Source: Rhizodiscina lignyota
Lineage: Eukaryota
Direction: 5' to 3'
Assembly: GCA_010015805.1 (NCBI GenBank)
Contig: ML978138.1
Span: 310,001 to 374,000 of the forward strand
Length of the DNA: 64,000 nucleotides
In this document: positions 1 through 12,637 of the stretch, piece by piece
How positions within the stretch are numbered: the stretch's first letter is position 1
How the letters are laid out: the number at the start of each line of letters is the position of its first letter
Notes under the pieces: generated by a model
Database searches by the model: none
Seen by the model: the letters and a program-made list of their open reading frames with translations, nothing else
What the model was told of the DNA's origin: nothing
Position numbers and translations under genes: made by a program

Positions 1-2266
1 AGAGAGGTATCTTTGGGCCATGCATGAGGCAAGATGCAGTTGGAGATGCAAGACTGCGGCTCAAAATTCCAGGCGGGTCCGTACCCGGGCGGCGGGTAGC
101 TGCGCCCCAAAACCGGTGGATCTTCGGGTGCTTCTCGCCCCCTTTCCCTTCCAAGTTTTCTTCAGCTGGCAGCACGAGTTGAGTATTCTCCAGTCACTTT
201 GCATAGCGGCCTTTGATCTCGATTTCATCATCTCATCGCCTGCATAGGAATGCCTGTATTAATAGCTGATGCCCTACGATAACAGCGGTAAGGGAACGCT
301 CACCTGACACCAGGCACCTGTGACCTCTCCTGCGCCTCGTGCTTGTGTGGAAGCTAACGTGTTCATCTTCACCAGTTGGTTTGGACGCGCTGAAATCTTA
401 ACATCAATCTCCTCTTACTCTCAAGCTCCAATCTCAAGTTTCCTCTTGTGTCTGCTCCGGTTTTATTACATAGCCCTTCTATTTTACCGTCTCGTCTGCG
501 CACCTGATCTTAAGCAAGTTGCAACGATGCTGGGTTATAATTTCGAATCAGAATTCCCAGACGTCGCAGATCACAATTCCGGCATGTCCACTGGAGCGAC
601 AAGTTCACTTCCCGTTCAGTCATATAAGCGTGCCCATGCTTTGGAGTGGTTACACAATCAGGTCGCCGATGCGAACCCGCCAGAGTCGACGTCGACGTCC
701 TTCGCACACCTGGATCGCCGTAAACCCGTCTATATACCGATAGAGGACAACCAGAAAAGCTGGGAAATCTTAAGTTTTGGAAAGATTCCTTTACCCGGAC
801 AAGAAACCACTACTCTCGATTCAGAGGTTGGATACTACTGAATTCGATATATTGCTCGGCGCACAAGTTTCCTCCGGCGAGGGAATTGCGGCAAGCGAGT
901 CACCTGGCTCACTTCAAACCGCCCAAGAATCAGATTGGATACCCTTAGAGTCTTTTGCTCTCGACCGCTCCGAGCTTTTAGAAATTGGCGACTAGCCTGT
1001 GGGCGGCATAGATCACCAATACCTCCATTGGCTGATGTTGTATCACCCCTGCCGCTTGCCTTATACCAACATTTGAGCAGGATGAACCGAAGCAACAGAG
1101 GTATACCTCATTAGGGAAGCCGGGAGGTATCGCAAGGCGAAATATGCTGGTCACGCTACCCGCACGCCCTGGCGGACAATCGTAATACTTTAGGGCGGCG
1201 AAGTAAACAGGCCTTCAGCCCGGCCATACTCACCGAGAAGGTTAACCCACGAAGTCGCGTCTCATCAAAAAACCACCTCATTCCCGCCGTATCCTGACGG
1301 ATTCAGCCAACTGCCAAATTCAGGCACAACATTCTTGGTCTTCGGAAATTGGCAAGAAGACTTGCACATCCTTCGTTAGCCCTATCGTACAGCCGAATCT
1401 CCTATCTGCCTAGATCGACAATTTATCTCTTGCATCATCCCGCCTTCTGCGGGGGTAGGGTTATTGAACCGGCTGGGTAAACGTTAAACCTGCTCGTGCT
1501 TTTCGTGGCATGTGGGGCATCACCCAGCAAAACAAAAGAGTAAGGCAGCATGTCTCTATCAACTATCGAGAACGGTTCTGTTTCCTGATCCATGCGTCCC
1601 ATAGGTTGCTTTCGAGAACCTGGAGAAGCCGAACGAGATATTCATATTTTTATAGCGCCTCAACACGATGTCACGATCAAATTCCTTTGATAAGACATAT
1701 CGCTGTCTTCAAGTTCCAGGAGCAGTGTCCTTACCAGTCAGCTCACGTTCATGTCGCCTTGCCCGCTCCTCCTCTCAATATTCAGATATGACTACATATT
1801 TCGTATTACTTCGATGTTCAAGGTACATAAGGGCGAAGTTTGGACAGAGCTTAGGGTTTCTCCTGCATGTACTTTATATAGTATTAGGCTAGTCCTATAT
1901 AGGGATAGTCTAGCCCAATGAAGCTAGCAACATAGATATCTCAGGAATAGGATTAAATCATCTATCCAGAAAAAGTAGTAGCCGGAATAAGTAATTCACA
2001 GTTGCTCAATCTGCGCTGTATAGATAATCTTTAGAATGGGCTTCTAACGGACTTCTCTCCCATCGATTCAATGCCGGTGTGCTCTTACGTGGTCAAGCAC
2101 GTTTTACAGCCTTCCTCGGTCTTATCGCGGAAAGTTACGATCCATGCAATGTGGAGGTGGGGATATTATTAATTATTCAGAGACGACCTTTCTTACTCCT
2201 GCCATCTAAAGTTGTCATTGCCAATAATAAACCCAAAACCAAAAACGCAAATATATATCAATTACA

Positions 2267-2596
2267 ATGACGATCATCGAACTCCGTATCTACACTACCC
2301 TCCCGGGCCGCATGCCAAACCTTCTCGCCCGCTTCGAGAATCACACAACCAAGATTTGGGAGCGATACGGCATCAAGCAAATTGGGTTCTTCACCACCGT
2401 TGTCGGACCGAACAGCAACGATCTTACCTACATGCTGCAGTGGGACAGCTTGGCCGACCGCGAGCAGAAATGGTCGGCCTTCATGGCGGACAAGGAGTGG
2501 ATCGGTGTGCGTGCGGAGAGTGAAAAGGATGGCCCCATCAACCAAAACGTTTATAGCAGCTTCTTAGCACCAACCGCGTTCTCGGCGCTCAAGTAG
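2267..2596 (+). CDS. NIPSNAP family protein, single domain, intronless
   Basis: 109 aa ORF with ELRIYTTLPGRMPNLLARF...GFFTTVVG...LTYMLQWDSLADREQKWSAFMADKEW...FLAPTAFSALK, the typical NIPSNAP pattern; C-ending codon bias. Confidence 0.9.
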   Translation: MTIIELRIYTTLPGRMPNLLARFENHTTKIWERYGIKQIGFFTTVVGPNSNDLTYMLQWDSLADREQKWSAFMADKEWIGVRAESEKDGPINQNVYSSFLAPTAFSALK

Positions 2597-3438
2597 AGCG
2601 GTGAAAATTGGGGATGAGAAAAGGAGATGGTGCGAAGCTGCGACGTGTCTTGAGACGCTCGAGATACCGTAGGATATTCAACGTATCTTGACTCCTTCTC
2701 TACTTCTTTTCCGCCAATTGTCTGCTGTTCTCCGATACCACAATATCTCAATGTGAATGAGAGCCACTTGCAGAACAGGCTCGTATAGGTCACATGAATC
2801 GTACAATTTTTAAACCGGAGGCTGTAAGTTGCATAAGTTCGTTAGCATAACTTAGCAGACAGTTTTCACAGATTTGGATTGCTACATACTAGAAGCTACC
2901 TTATGTTGAGTAGAAGCTATCTCAAGGCGAAGGTGTTGTGAAAAGTTAAGGTCGGGACTACAGTTTCCTACAGTGCCGCAGTTGGAGTGGCTTACATGGT
3001 GTAGACGCATGCCTTTAAGCGAATCAATCCCATCCAATCGAAGACGCAGTTCGGATTGTAATGGTGTCCTCGTGTGGTCCAACATGGGTCAGCAGTGGGA
3101 CCCGCGCTCATTTGCAGTTGACTCTTGAGAGACTCGGGGTTCCCGCGTCGACTGCTCACTTGCGTAGTCGAAGCTCTTAATCACTCCGCAAGTGCTCAGT
3201 GTCCCTTCCATACATAACATCCCTCTCTGGGCTCTCTAAATGTTTGCATCCATGATATGTACGCCTTTGCGTTCGAAAGCTCGAAGCAGATGGATACATG
3301 TTACTGGCTCAAAGTCCATCGCTCTCTTGCGCGGTCCCTGATGGGCTGAGCCACTTCCTCCGCTGAGCACTGCTTCATTTCTGCACAAATTGGAGAAAAT
3401 CTCATTTGGGAGCTTTAAACATTGTCGAATTCTTAAGC

Positions 3439-5563
3439 ATGTCATCTGAAATATTTCCTGAGCTCGGCGAAGCTCCACGACGAAGAAACTTTTCATCTTT
3501 TGCCTCAGACTCTGCTGCTGAGCTTGTCGACCAGTCATCGGCGAGATATGCCCCTACCGTAACGGAGCGACTTTACTTTCCAAATCGCAATCCCAATGTC
3601 CAACTATACCCCCTAAAGGAATTCGAGCCGCCATCACCCGCTTACAGCCCCAATCGATTAAGATCCTTATCCGTCTGCACCGCGCCACCGACAACAAGCG
3701 TTCGAAGACACCCAGAGACGGTCTCATGGCCGGGTGAGAGCTCAGACTATGGGCCTTACGAGATTGCACTCAGTGGAATTGGGAAGCACTTGCCACTGGA
3801 AAGCTCACAACCTTCCAGTACTCTGCCGTCACTGAGCTGTGATGAGGGGAGCGATGGCTCTGTTGATGGCTCTATTGCTGACGTAGAGCCGTCTGTCGGG
3901 TCCAATGTCATTGGGCAATCTCTTCTTGTCCCTCCTGACACACAGGGTAGCGACAACGAAGATGTTTCGAGGAACAGTGGCATCGAAAAGAGCTCATTGA
4001 GCAAATCCGACAATGCTACTCACTCTGAGCAGTCCTCAAGCTTCTTTGAAACCGTCACAAACATGTGGAAGGCTCTTAGGAATCAGTCCACGTTTGGTTC
4101 TTCTAGTTCTGTCACTCTTGCTAGTCATTCTCACCCGCTTCCGTACCGTGTGAAACCATCCCATATTTCCACTGCGAAGACGAACATCTCCATGAGGCCA
4201 ACATCGCAGAAAATATTCAGATGCCGATGCGGCGCTGTCTTTGAGGACGCTGTGCAGTTTGGGGCCCATCTCCGCCAAGCTCACAATTCATTGCCGGCGC
4301 TGCTGGGGTCAGATCACAAGATAAAAAGACAAAACCAAGAAATAATGGCAGTATCGCCTCCTCCTTCTAACATTTTCGGTTCTCTGCTGGGAGCTTCTGT
4401 TGGGCGCGCCCAAACGGCTGCTCTTGCGAGCCACCCGGCCGCGACCACTTTCACAAGTCATTCATTCACCCCGTCGCCCTCCGGGTATGGGCATGTCCAA
4501 ATTGCCCAGAAGGATATCGATACAGAGGAACCAGGCAAGACGGCAATGAGCGAGCACAGGGCGGCCGGGTCTAGCAACAAAAACAATGCAAGTATTGCAA
4601 ACGCTCACAAAACATCGAAAAGTCACAAGACACATCTTTCGAACGGCCAGCAGGACGATGCAGACTCGAGTGAAGAAGAGTTGCCTGGGCGGAAGAGGCA
4701 GAAGAAGAAGGATACCACAGACTCGGAGGTTTCAAAGCTTGCCTGTCCTCGTTGGAAAGCGCTACGTTGTCCCTTGGATCACCCCTGCGCAAACTGGAAG
4801 GGAGATGACATGTCAGATGTTCTGTACGAGTCGACTTATCGAACTTTAGGCATGCACAGTACTGACATAATATGCAGCAAACACTTACGATGTCGTAACC
4901 ACGTATACCCGGACCAGCCCAACACGCCTCGAAAACGTCCAAATATCTGCGCAGGATGTCATAGAGAGTTTGACTCTTATACCACATATTCGAATCATTA
5001 CGGACGCAACGAGCGCGGAAAGAACAAGATATGCAACGTTTTTAAGCAAGGGCGCGTCGAAAAATGGCAATGGTTATTTGAGTATCTGGACTGTGGCATA
5101 ACAAAACCCGCACCGAGCCCTTGTGCGTCACGCATATACTTTGTACCGCACACTACTGACATTGGCAGATTGGTGTGAAAATGGAATCACGATTGGATCT
5201 GTGCCAGCCTTGATGGAGATAGTGGGTCAAACGGAAAATGCTGGTGGCATCAACGCACAACAGACCCAAGCTCTGCAGCAGCAAATTCAAACTCTGGAGC
5301 AGCAATCGTCTGCTAGTTATGTACTCCTTCACCGCCTGTGGCAACATACGCACTTCACGCTTCTGATGGACCGTAATAACGGCACGCAACTCGCGATAGA
5401 CATCAATGAAGCCGTCGGACCGCTTAATCCGACTCTTTCAGATGCGTTCGAACAGATGAGACAATTCACACAGGAGTCGCCACAGGAGTTCCCACAGGAG
5501 TTCATACAGGAGTATCAAACTTTACTGCCCGGAGCTTGGGGCGAAGATCAGACCGGACAGTGA
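3439..5563 (+). CDS. Hypothetical protein with C2H2-like zinc finger motifs (spliced)
   Basis: Long Ser-rich ORF 3406..5178 (first ATG 3439) with FRCRCGAVF..HLRQAH, LACPRWK..C..KHL..RNH and ICAGCHREF...HY motifs; probably joined by an intron to the Gln-rich ORF ending at 5563. Confidence 0.6.
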
Positions 5564-5817
5564 TGTGTTAAACAGTGGGCGGATATGGGCCATTACTTTA
5601 GAGTGCCTCCGAGGTATATACTGTTCGACATGACGAAACCGAACACAGACATAGACGAGCATCTTATGCTGCTTTATCTTTGATTTTATCTTACAGTGTG
5701 GACACTATCGTAAGATGTATCGGCCATTTTATATGCTGGAACCTCCATCCGAACTCAAATTTCCCATTGACAACGCCCCATCATCTTCCACTTCCGATGG
5801 CACCATACCGTCCAGCT

Positions 5818-6419
5818 CTAGTTGAACGAGCCCGATTCAATTAGATACATCAACACCAGCTTGGTACCAAACATGACACCGACAGAGGCACCCTTCACGA
5901 CCTGGCGTGTTTTCTCATCGGGGACAGCTTTGATCAGGATCGCAAAGCGGGGACACTCATCCCCTTGCGCATCGGTAAAGAAGCAGCGATAGTTATGATC
6001 GAACGTTGCCGGTTTGGTGTCCTCGAACCGGCGAGCGTCATTGATGCCCTCGTCGAGCAACTCCTCGCGCTTGCTTTCGCGGACGAAGAGCGGCTGACCC
6101 GTTGGTGTCTTAATGGGAACTCCCGAGACCTGCAGTTTTCAGCAAGAGCGTGGACTAACCTTGGTCGATGTATATAGACAGTACCCACGATTGACAATTC
6201 GGCAGTCTCATAAACATATTTCTTGAGCGTGAGGCTCGTTTTGAGCTTGTCTTTCTTGGTGGTGAGTCTTTTGCAGAAGGCCGACGCATCCTGCATCACG
6301 GCTGAAGGATTCCTTGCTAAGTCGGTGACCATGTAATGCGCCGTGAGACGGCCATCGCGAGAGACGGTCAGGGCGATGAGTCGACCTGGATCTGGGAGCA
6401 AGGCGTGCGTAATATCCAT
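5818..6419 (-). CDS. Hypothetical protein, 2 exons
   Basis: ATG at 6419 (MDITHALLPDPGR...); a probable intron ending ...GCTGAAAACTGCAG links to the frame of ORF 5818..6060 (VSGVPIKTPTGQPLFVRESKREELLDEGINDARRF...). Confidence 0.5.
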
Positions 6420-6580
6420 GCTGTTTGTAGTACCGGATTTGACCAGACGGGTAGATAGTGATGGACGAGATTGGCTAGAGGAGGCAAACGAAAGTGGATT
6501 TAGAGAAAGAGGAAGCAAGACGACGAGGCTGCGGGTTTTGTAATAGGCAGCAGACTGCTCAATTCCCCATAGCACATCGA

Positions 6581-6774
6581 AATGGACTCCTCAACTGCGT
6601 AGTCATGATGGAGAGCAGACATTACGGGTGCGCAAAAGAAGAGTGTCTTTTGCCAATAAAAGACTGCCCCAATTCCCTGTAGTAGTATATAGAAATAGAC
6701 TCCTCAACTGCGTAGTCATATTGTAATAGAGAACAGACGTTACGACTGCGCAAAAGAGGAATATCTTTCGTCAA
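6581..6774. repeat. Diverged direct repeat of about 76-80 bp, two copies (6581-6656 and 6694-6774)
   Basis: Both copies share GACTCCTCAACTGCGTAGTCAT...CAGAC.TTACG..TGCGCAAAAGA. Confidence 0.85.
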
Positions 6775-7552
6775 ACTAGGAGCTGCACAGAGAGTGTTGC
6801 CACACTGACACATGGCCGTCTGTAAGTGCCGCTGAAGATTCATTCACTGTATTAGATATGTCCTTGAGAGATCAGTAACCGGATATAATATCTGCTGGTG
6901 GATCCTAACCGTTATATGGAGATATTGCTGGAGAATCTAAATTGATGGTATGAGTTGGAAGAGGGTGCCAACTTTCTGGCCTTTGACATGAACTTTTCGT
7001 TACTCCGTTGCGCTTTGGGCAGTGTTTGAAGGACCCCTCGTAGGCTCTTGACACCAGCCTCATTTCTCCTATTCTAATTTCTATTCGTCCTCATTGCCCC
7101 AAGCGGCGGTGATCATTCTGGGCCATTTCCAGGGGTTGCTCGACCAGCATCAACCAACTCCAGCGAACGAGGACGTTGCGTTATGACTGGAAATCAGATA
7201 CAACGGACTGTGAATCAATCACTTAAATGCCCATACACTTACACTCACGAAAGACATCGTGACAGGAGGATGTAACGGGCTCTCTGAGGAGTGAGAGCCT
7301 CTCTTTGCCTAAGGAGTGCACCGGAAATCGCAACAATGCTACTGCCGTGCTGCCTTGCTGCAGTGCAGCTCAGCGGCACAGCAACCACGACACCCAATGA
7401 GGCGATTAAATCATAGATTCCTGCAGCCTTGGGTGACTTGATACATGACGAATGTTTCGCAGTCAACTCAAGACCCCTCAATCTCTCGTCCTTTCGGTCC
7501 ACCCTTCAATTGTCATGCTTCGCAGTAATATCGCAGTTTCCCTGCATATTTC

Positions 7553-10022
7553 ATGACATTGCCTTTCAACCAGACGAGAGGCATAGTGCAAGATTACGAG
7601 CTCTTGGACAGGGCTCAAAATGACCCAAAAGCAACCCGAGATGAAGTTCTCCGCGAATTTGGCAACTTCATCCAGAATGTCTTGCTCCATCTTGAGGAGA
7701 CTAATGGTACCCTTCCAGTTCCACACGATGAGTTTGAAACGAAGCAGATCGTCGACAAGGCTTATCAGGATCTCGATTACTTCTTCAAACATCTGAACCT
7801 GTATACCAATGAAAATCGTCCCAAGTACGTGTCTATTGACGTAGAGACCATCGACGACCTCAGTGCGGAGCCTTTCACCTCATTAGAAGACGCGTGGTTG
7901 TACATCAAATCGCATAAGGATGAATGCAAAAAGAGAGTGTAGTAAGTGCACGCAGGGCAGGATAGCTACCAGACGATATCTAATAGCTTGCAGCATCTGT
8001 TCAAAAGCACAGTCGATTAGCGGAAATCCTAAGGCGACTAGGGCTTTTTTTGCATCAAGCAAGCAACCGAAAAAACAAGAAGTTCTTACAGCAGCAGTCA
8101 TTGCGGCCACCTTCATGATTGTAGCCTCTTCGTTTCCCAGCCTGCCACGGTTACGCTTTAGGGACATCTCTGCATTAGTCGGTGCCGGCAAGGGCGACAA
8201 CAGCAAGCTTTATTTGCGCACACACGATGCGATTCCTCTAGGTAACGTAGTTGAATTTGATCAGAGAAGCCTTCACTCACCTGGTGCTAGATGAGCTTCA
8301 ACAACACTCGCTCTGCTGCGACACCAGCCCGCTTGCGCTAACAACGATCAAAGTTTTGCCGCCATCATCACCGCCTTATTCCCTACCGCCGGCTGTTCAA
8401 TGGTACGAATTTCCAGATGCAATCCCGGACACCGACATTTGCACGGATTTCACAATGCAAATGTGGGAGCCACACGGGATGGCCCCGTCCAGTAGCGCAC
8501 TGTGCGCTCGATGGGGAACTAAGAACTTGAGTAGCGGTGGTTGGGTGTCATTACTGGTCTTTGGAAAGACAGAAATGGCTAAACTCTTCAAAAGCACGAT
8601 GGAGGCAGATGTAAGAAAGAATGGCGATCAGAACAGGGACCTTGAGCACGACTGTTCACCTGTAATGAAATATGTCTACCTTGTTGGGCTCTACGAAGCA
8701 AGGGTATCTCTACGAAACCTAATGGTGCGGCTTGAAGACAAGGTGGGTGTTCTAACATATGAGCTCTCCAATCATAAAGATAGACTCTGACTGGAGTGCA
8801 CAGAAATTCAGAAATACTGCACATCCCACTGTCGGCTATGCCAACGCTTGCCAGCTTGCTATTAACCATCTCAAGTACTACGAGCGGCTAACCGTAGCTC
8901 TACGATGGCAGCTCACAACCTATCTCGAGAAGCTGGCGCTTGATGCGCCAGCCAGCTGGATTACAGAAGCAAAGTCACACTGCAATATTCTGAGGTCTGA
9001 GATAACTGAGAGTCTAGACATTGCGAAGGACATCCGCCAAATGGTTAGTAGAGCTTACATGTAATCTGGACTCATGAAACTGACAATAGTGAGGTGTTGG
9101 AACACATTCTCTTCTCCAAAACAGCAGGGGAAACGTTCTCGCCATACTAGCATCAATCTTCGTCCCCGCGGGCTTTGTAGCAGTAAGCATTACTCATAAA
9201 AAGGTTAAGCTGAAACACCGACCTAATCCGATCGAACAGTCATTCCTCAGCATGAACCAAGCAAATCTTCCCATTGATAATGATAAAGTACATAGCATGG
9301 TCTCCAATAACTTATCACGGGCCGCTTCCAATGGAACCCACCCAAGCAATGGCCAGACTGCGAATAATGGCGGCGTCAATCCTATTGTCGAGGCAATTCA
9401 CAATCTCACGCTGGCTCTCGACAACAATACCGGCAAGAGCAGTTTCCCTTCCGCCACACCCGGTCTATACTTCGGCATCGCTATCCCACTCATAGCATTG
9501 ACAGTGCTTCTACCCCTCGTCTTTGGCCCAGTCGCAACTCTTATCGCGCGCAAGTTCTCGAGGCCAGCACTTCGCAATATCTTCTTCTGGGCCTGGATCA
9601 TGCTATCTTTTATCCTCAACCTTCCTTTCCCGTTGGTCATGTTCCAGGACAATGAGCTGTATGACACATTTATATTTTCACCTTCCCTTTGGGTCACCCA
9701 GCTTGCCATCTTTTCCGGTGCCTTTCTGGTCCATCTCACAGTGTTGGTCCTGTGGTGGCCATCGCTTGGAAGAGGTCGGAAGTGGATTTATATCACTTTC
9801 TGGGTGTATTGGGTCCTTACGTACTATCTTGGATACTTTGCAATTGCGGGTGACTTGGAATACTTTTTAATTTGGTCCACTTATGTTTATCTCAATCCGA
9901 CTGAGGTCATGATCTTGGTCTTCTCTCCTTATATCCTGCTTGCTAGCTACTATGTCTGGAGATGGATTAGACAGCGTAGGCCTGGGTCAACGAGGAGACG
10001 CAAGACTTACTTAAGAGTTTAA
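7553..10022 (+). CDS. Multi-exon membrane protein with a CorA-like C-terminal transmembrane region
   Basis: ORFs 7553, 7920, 8251, 8759 and 9252 can be joined in frame through GT..AG introns; the exon near 9095-9182 encodes QNSRGNVLAILASIFVPAGFVA followed by SFLSMN, as in fungal CorA-like proteins; several further TM helices follow. Confidence 0.6.
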
Positions 10023-10386
10023 GGCCTGTAATGTCTTATAACTACGCAAAAACGGTCACATGGTCCTAAAGTCAAAGGGGACTTGCATAACATTTCTGAT
10101 CGTGGGGAATACCCAAAACTCCGTGGATTAACGAAAGCGAATGAGGCAGAGCAGACACGATGAATGATACTCAAATGGTGACAGAAGAACGCTGGAAGAG
10201 CTGCCAAAAGAGCCGATAAGCTGTTGACTAGACAGAAATACTGGATTCGAACAAGATGGGGCTTGAAGCTTTTCCATTAACTCCTCGCGCGCTGCATTAT
10301 GATTTTTGCATTGTCAGTAGTCGATCCTCTTCTCCATCTGAATCCTCTAGCCAGCATCCGATAACAAATTTCCCCATACTCTACTC

Positions 10387-10724
10387 TCAAATCATGTCGC
10401 CGACGAGTTTATGAAGGAAATGCTGGACCCTGACAAGTGAGCCACGAGTGCCAACCTTGTTGCGCATATCTGGCATCCGCTGGGTGCAGCATTTCAGAAC
10501 TCCCCCGTCGTGCGAACAATCTCCTGCGAATGATTGGCAATCTATTTACCGTCAGTCTTCTGATGGAGACGATGGAAATGGTATGAGCAAGGCTCACATT
10601 GGTCCGTCATGTCTCCCAGCTTCTTGTAACAGTATGTAACACCTCTGTCGCCGCAGGGTATCTTGTCATACGTCTGCGCGGTGACTGTTGCCACAGCAAA
10701 AGCCGCGAGTAAGATTCGAAACAC
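10387..10724 (-). CDS. Small secreted Cys-rich protein (effector-like) starting at GTG; possible pseudogene
   Basis: Signal-peptide-like (V/M)FRILLAAFAVATVTA-Q; intron 10597..10542 (GTGAGC..GACTGAC..TAG) gives in-frame YCQSFAGDCSHDGGVLKCCTQ; 6 Cys; no in-frame ATG upstream; C-terminal end uncertain. Confidence 0.6.
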
Positions 10725-11956
10725 GATCGGTATTGTCGTTTCTTGTGTATCGATCGGGGAATGATTGACCTAGACGTGTAGCTGGGTAAGTACATATGCT
10801 CATCTTCTGGATCCCATACCCGTCAAGAAGCCAAGCTAAAGCGATAACCCTTGCTTTATCACAGAGATCAATCAGAAGTAGGAGTGTCTCAATTGGACTT
10901 CCATTTCCATTACTTGCATTCCAGGACTTGGCGAGGCGTCCAGCCCAGTCTATGCTCTAATGCAAAGCGCGATTTTTTCGTAACCGGTGAGCCGAAAGTG
11001 GAGAGCCAAGGAACTATCGGCGGCGATCTGGATTGATAGAGTAGTGATGTCGATGAGAAGATCTGAAATTGAGGCTTCGCAGTGGCTTGAGCTTGCACCT
11101 ACGTGCCATATCACAGACAAAAGACAAAAGCCAGGAGACACAACAACGCAGACAGCTCTCATATCCCTCGCAAGATGCGGACGTTACATTTGAGATTCAG
11201 CAGTGTTGCTCCGCACAAATTCTTAGAGGGCCAGATCATCTCGGGAAGGCTTCCAACCGTTTCCCGTGGCTTTTGTGAAAGGTCTGGACGACACGCATTG
11301 AATGCAGTTACCCACCATGATTGCTGTTTCCCGGATCGATAGAGCAACTCATTAGTCGAAACTTTACATAAGAATGCCGTCATTGTCAGCGAGGTTACTC
11401 AAGCGTCTCATGCTTAGATCACGAATGGAAAGCTCCCAACTGGTCGGGTCAGATGCGGTAGATTCTTTGTTCGGCGAGGAATGCATCGGTCAGGATGGAG
11501 CTCGTTGGATGTCAGAAGCGTCTTATGAGACATACTACTGCCTCTTGCCAGAGGAGTGAAATTCAGAGATCTCACGACCAGTTACGGCCTGCTCGCGACT
11601 ATTTTGATGTTGGTCGACACACGACGTGAGTGTCAAGTCGCGTCAGTAACGCGCCCCGCTCGACGCTGATCATTGATTGGCCGTTGATCGTTGCCGGGGA
11701 AGGCGCAAAGCATCAACATCCCGGCCGCGGCCTTTGATCTGCTCGAACCCAAAGTTATTCGACTCTTCCACAATACCAACGCCCTCCTCTTGTTCTCCGA
11801 ACGCATCATCCCCGCCTCCATCCACATAAGAGCAGCTTCTACTAAAGAGCATCTCTGCTTCTTCTCTACTGCTACATCTCTTTGCCCTCCGCGACGCCCC
11901 GCGACAATAACTCAACCGCATCTTCCACCAACCACGATAACAGTTTGACCATCATA

Positions 11957-12637
11957 ATGTCGGCCGCTGCAGCAGTCTCCAGCCCAACAAAGGCACCACA
12001 GGCCTCGCAGGCCACGAGCAGCAACAACACAAATGTCACCAAGCGGTATGCTCCTCGCCTCTAGTTGCAACTTTGGTGTGAATTTAATACATCTCGCAGT
12101 CTCCAGTCCGAGCTGATGACACTCATGATGTCTCCCTCCCCCGGAATCTCCGCGTTCCCCAACGAGAACGACCTCCTCAACTGGATCGCGACCATCGAAG
12201 GCCCCTCCGAGACGCCATACGCGGGTCTCACGTTCAAGCTCTCGTTCAAGTTCCCCTCGACGTATCCCTACACCGCGCCCACCGTGACGTTCAAGACGCC
12301 CATCTACCATCCGAACATCGACTTCAGCGGTAGGATCTGCCTGGACATTCTGAAGGAGAAGTGGAGCGCCATCTACAATGTGCAGAGCGTGCTGTTGAGT
12401 CTGCAGAGTCTGCTTGGAGAGCCGAACAAGTAAGATATACTCTCTACCATCGCCACACCCGCCGTGTGGTGGAGCTGTGCGTATTCCTGTGAACAATGAC
12501 TGACTTTGTTCCTCAGCGCGAGCCCTCTGAACGGCCAAGCCGCAGAGCTCTGGGACAAGGACCCCACAGAGTACAAGCGCCTCGTGCTCGCTCGCCACCG
12601 TGACCTCAGCGACGAAGAGCTCCAGGAGGAGCAGTAA
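11957..12637 (+). CDS. UBC11: Ubiquitin-conjugating enzyme E2-C (APC/C E2), 3 exons
   Basis: N-terminal extension, VTKRLQSELMTLMMS, active site HPNIDFSGRICLDILKEKWS, SLLGEPNNASPLNGQAAELW; two canonical introns. Confidence 0.93.

Noticed and set aside
528..1900. Protein-like fragments (MLGYNFESEFPDV..., DILLGAQVSSGEG...) followed by stop-rich, TA-rich DNA
   Set aside because: No recognisable domain and no consistent splice model; possibly a decayed gene, but not supportable
5471..5515. 12-bp repeats encoding QE(S/F)PQEF
   Set aside because: Simple coding minisatellite in a low-complexity tail, not a CRISPR-like or precursor repeat
11912..12598. 228-aa minus-strand ORF
   Set aside because: Antisense shadow of the codon-biased UBC11 gene
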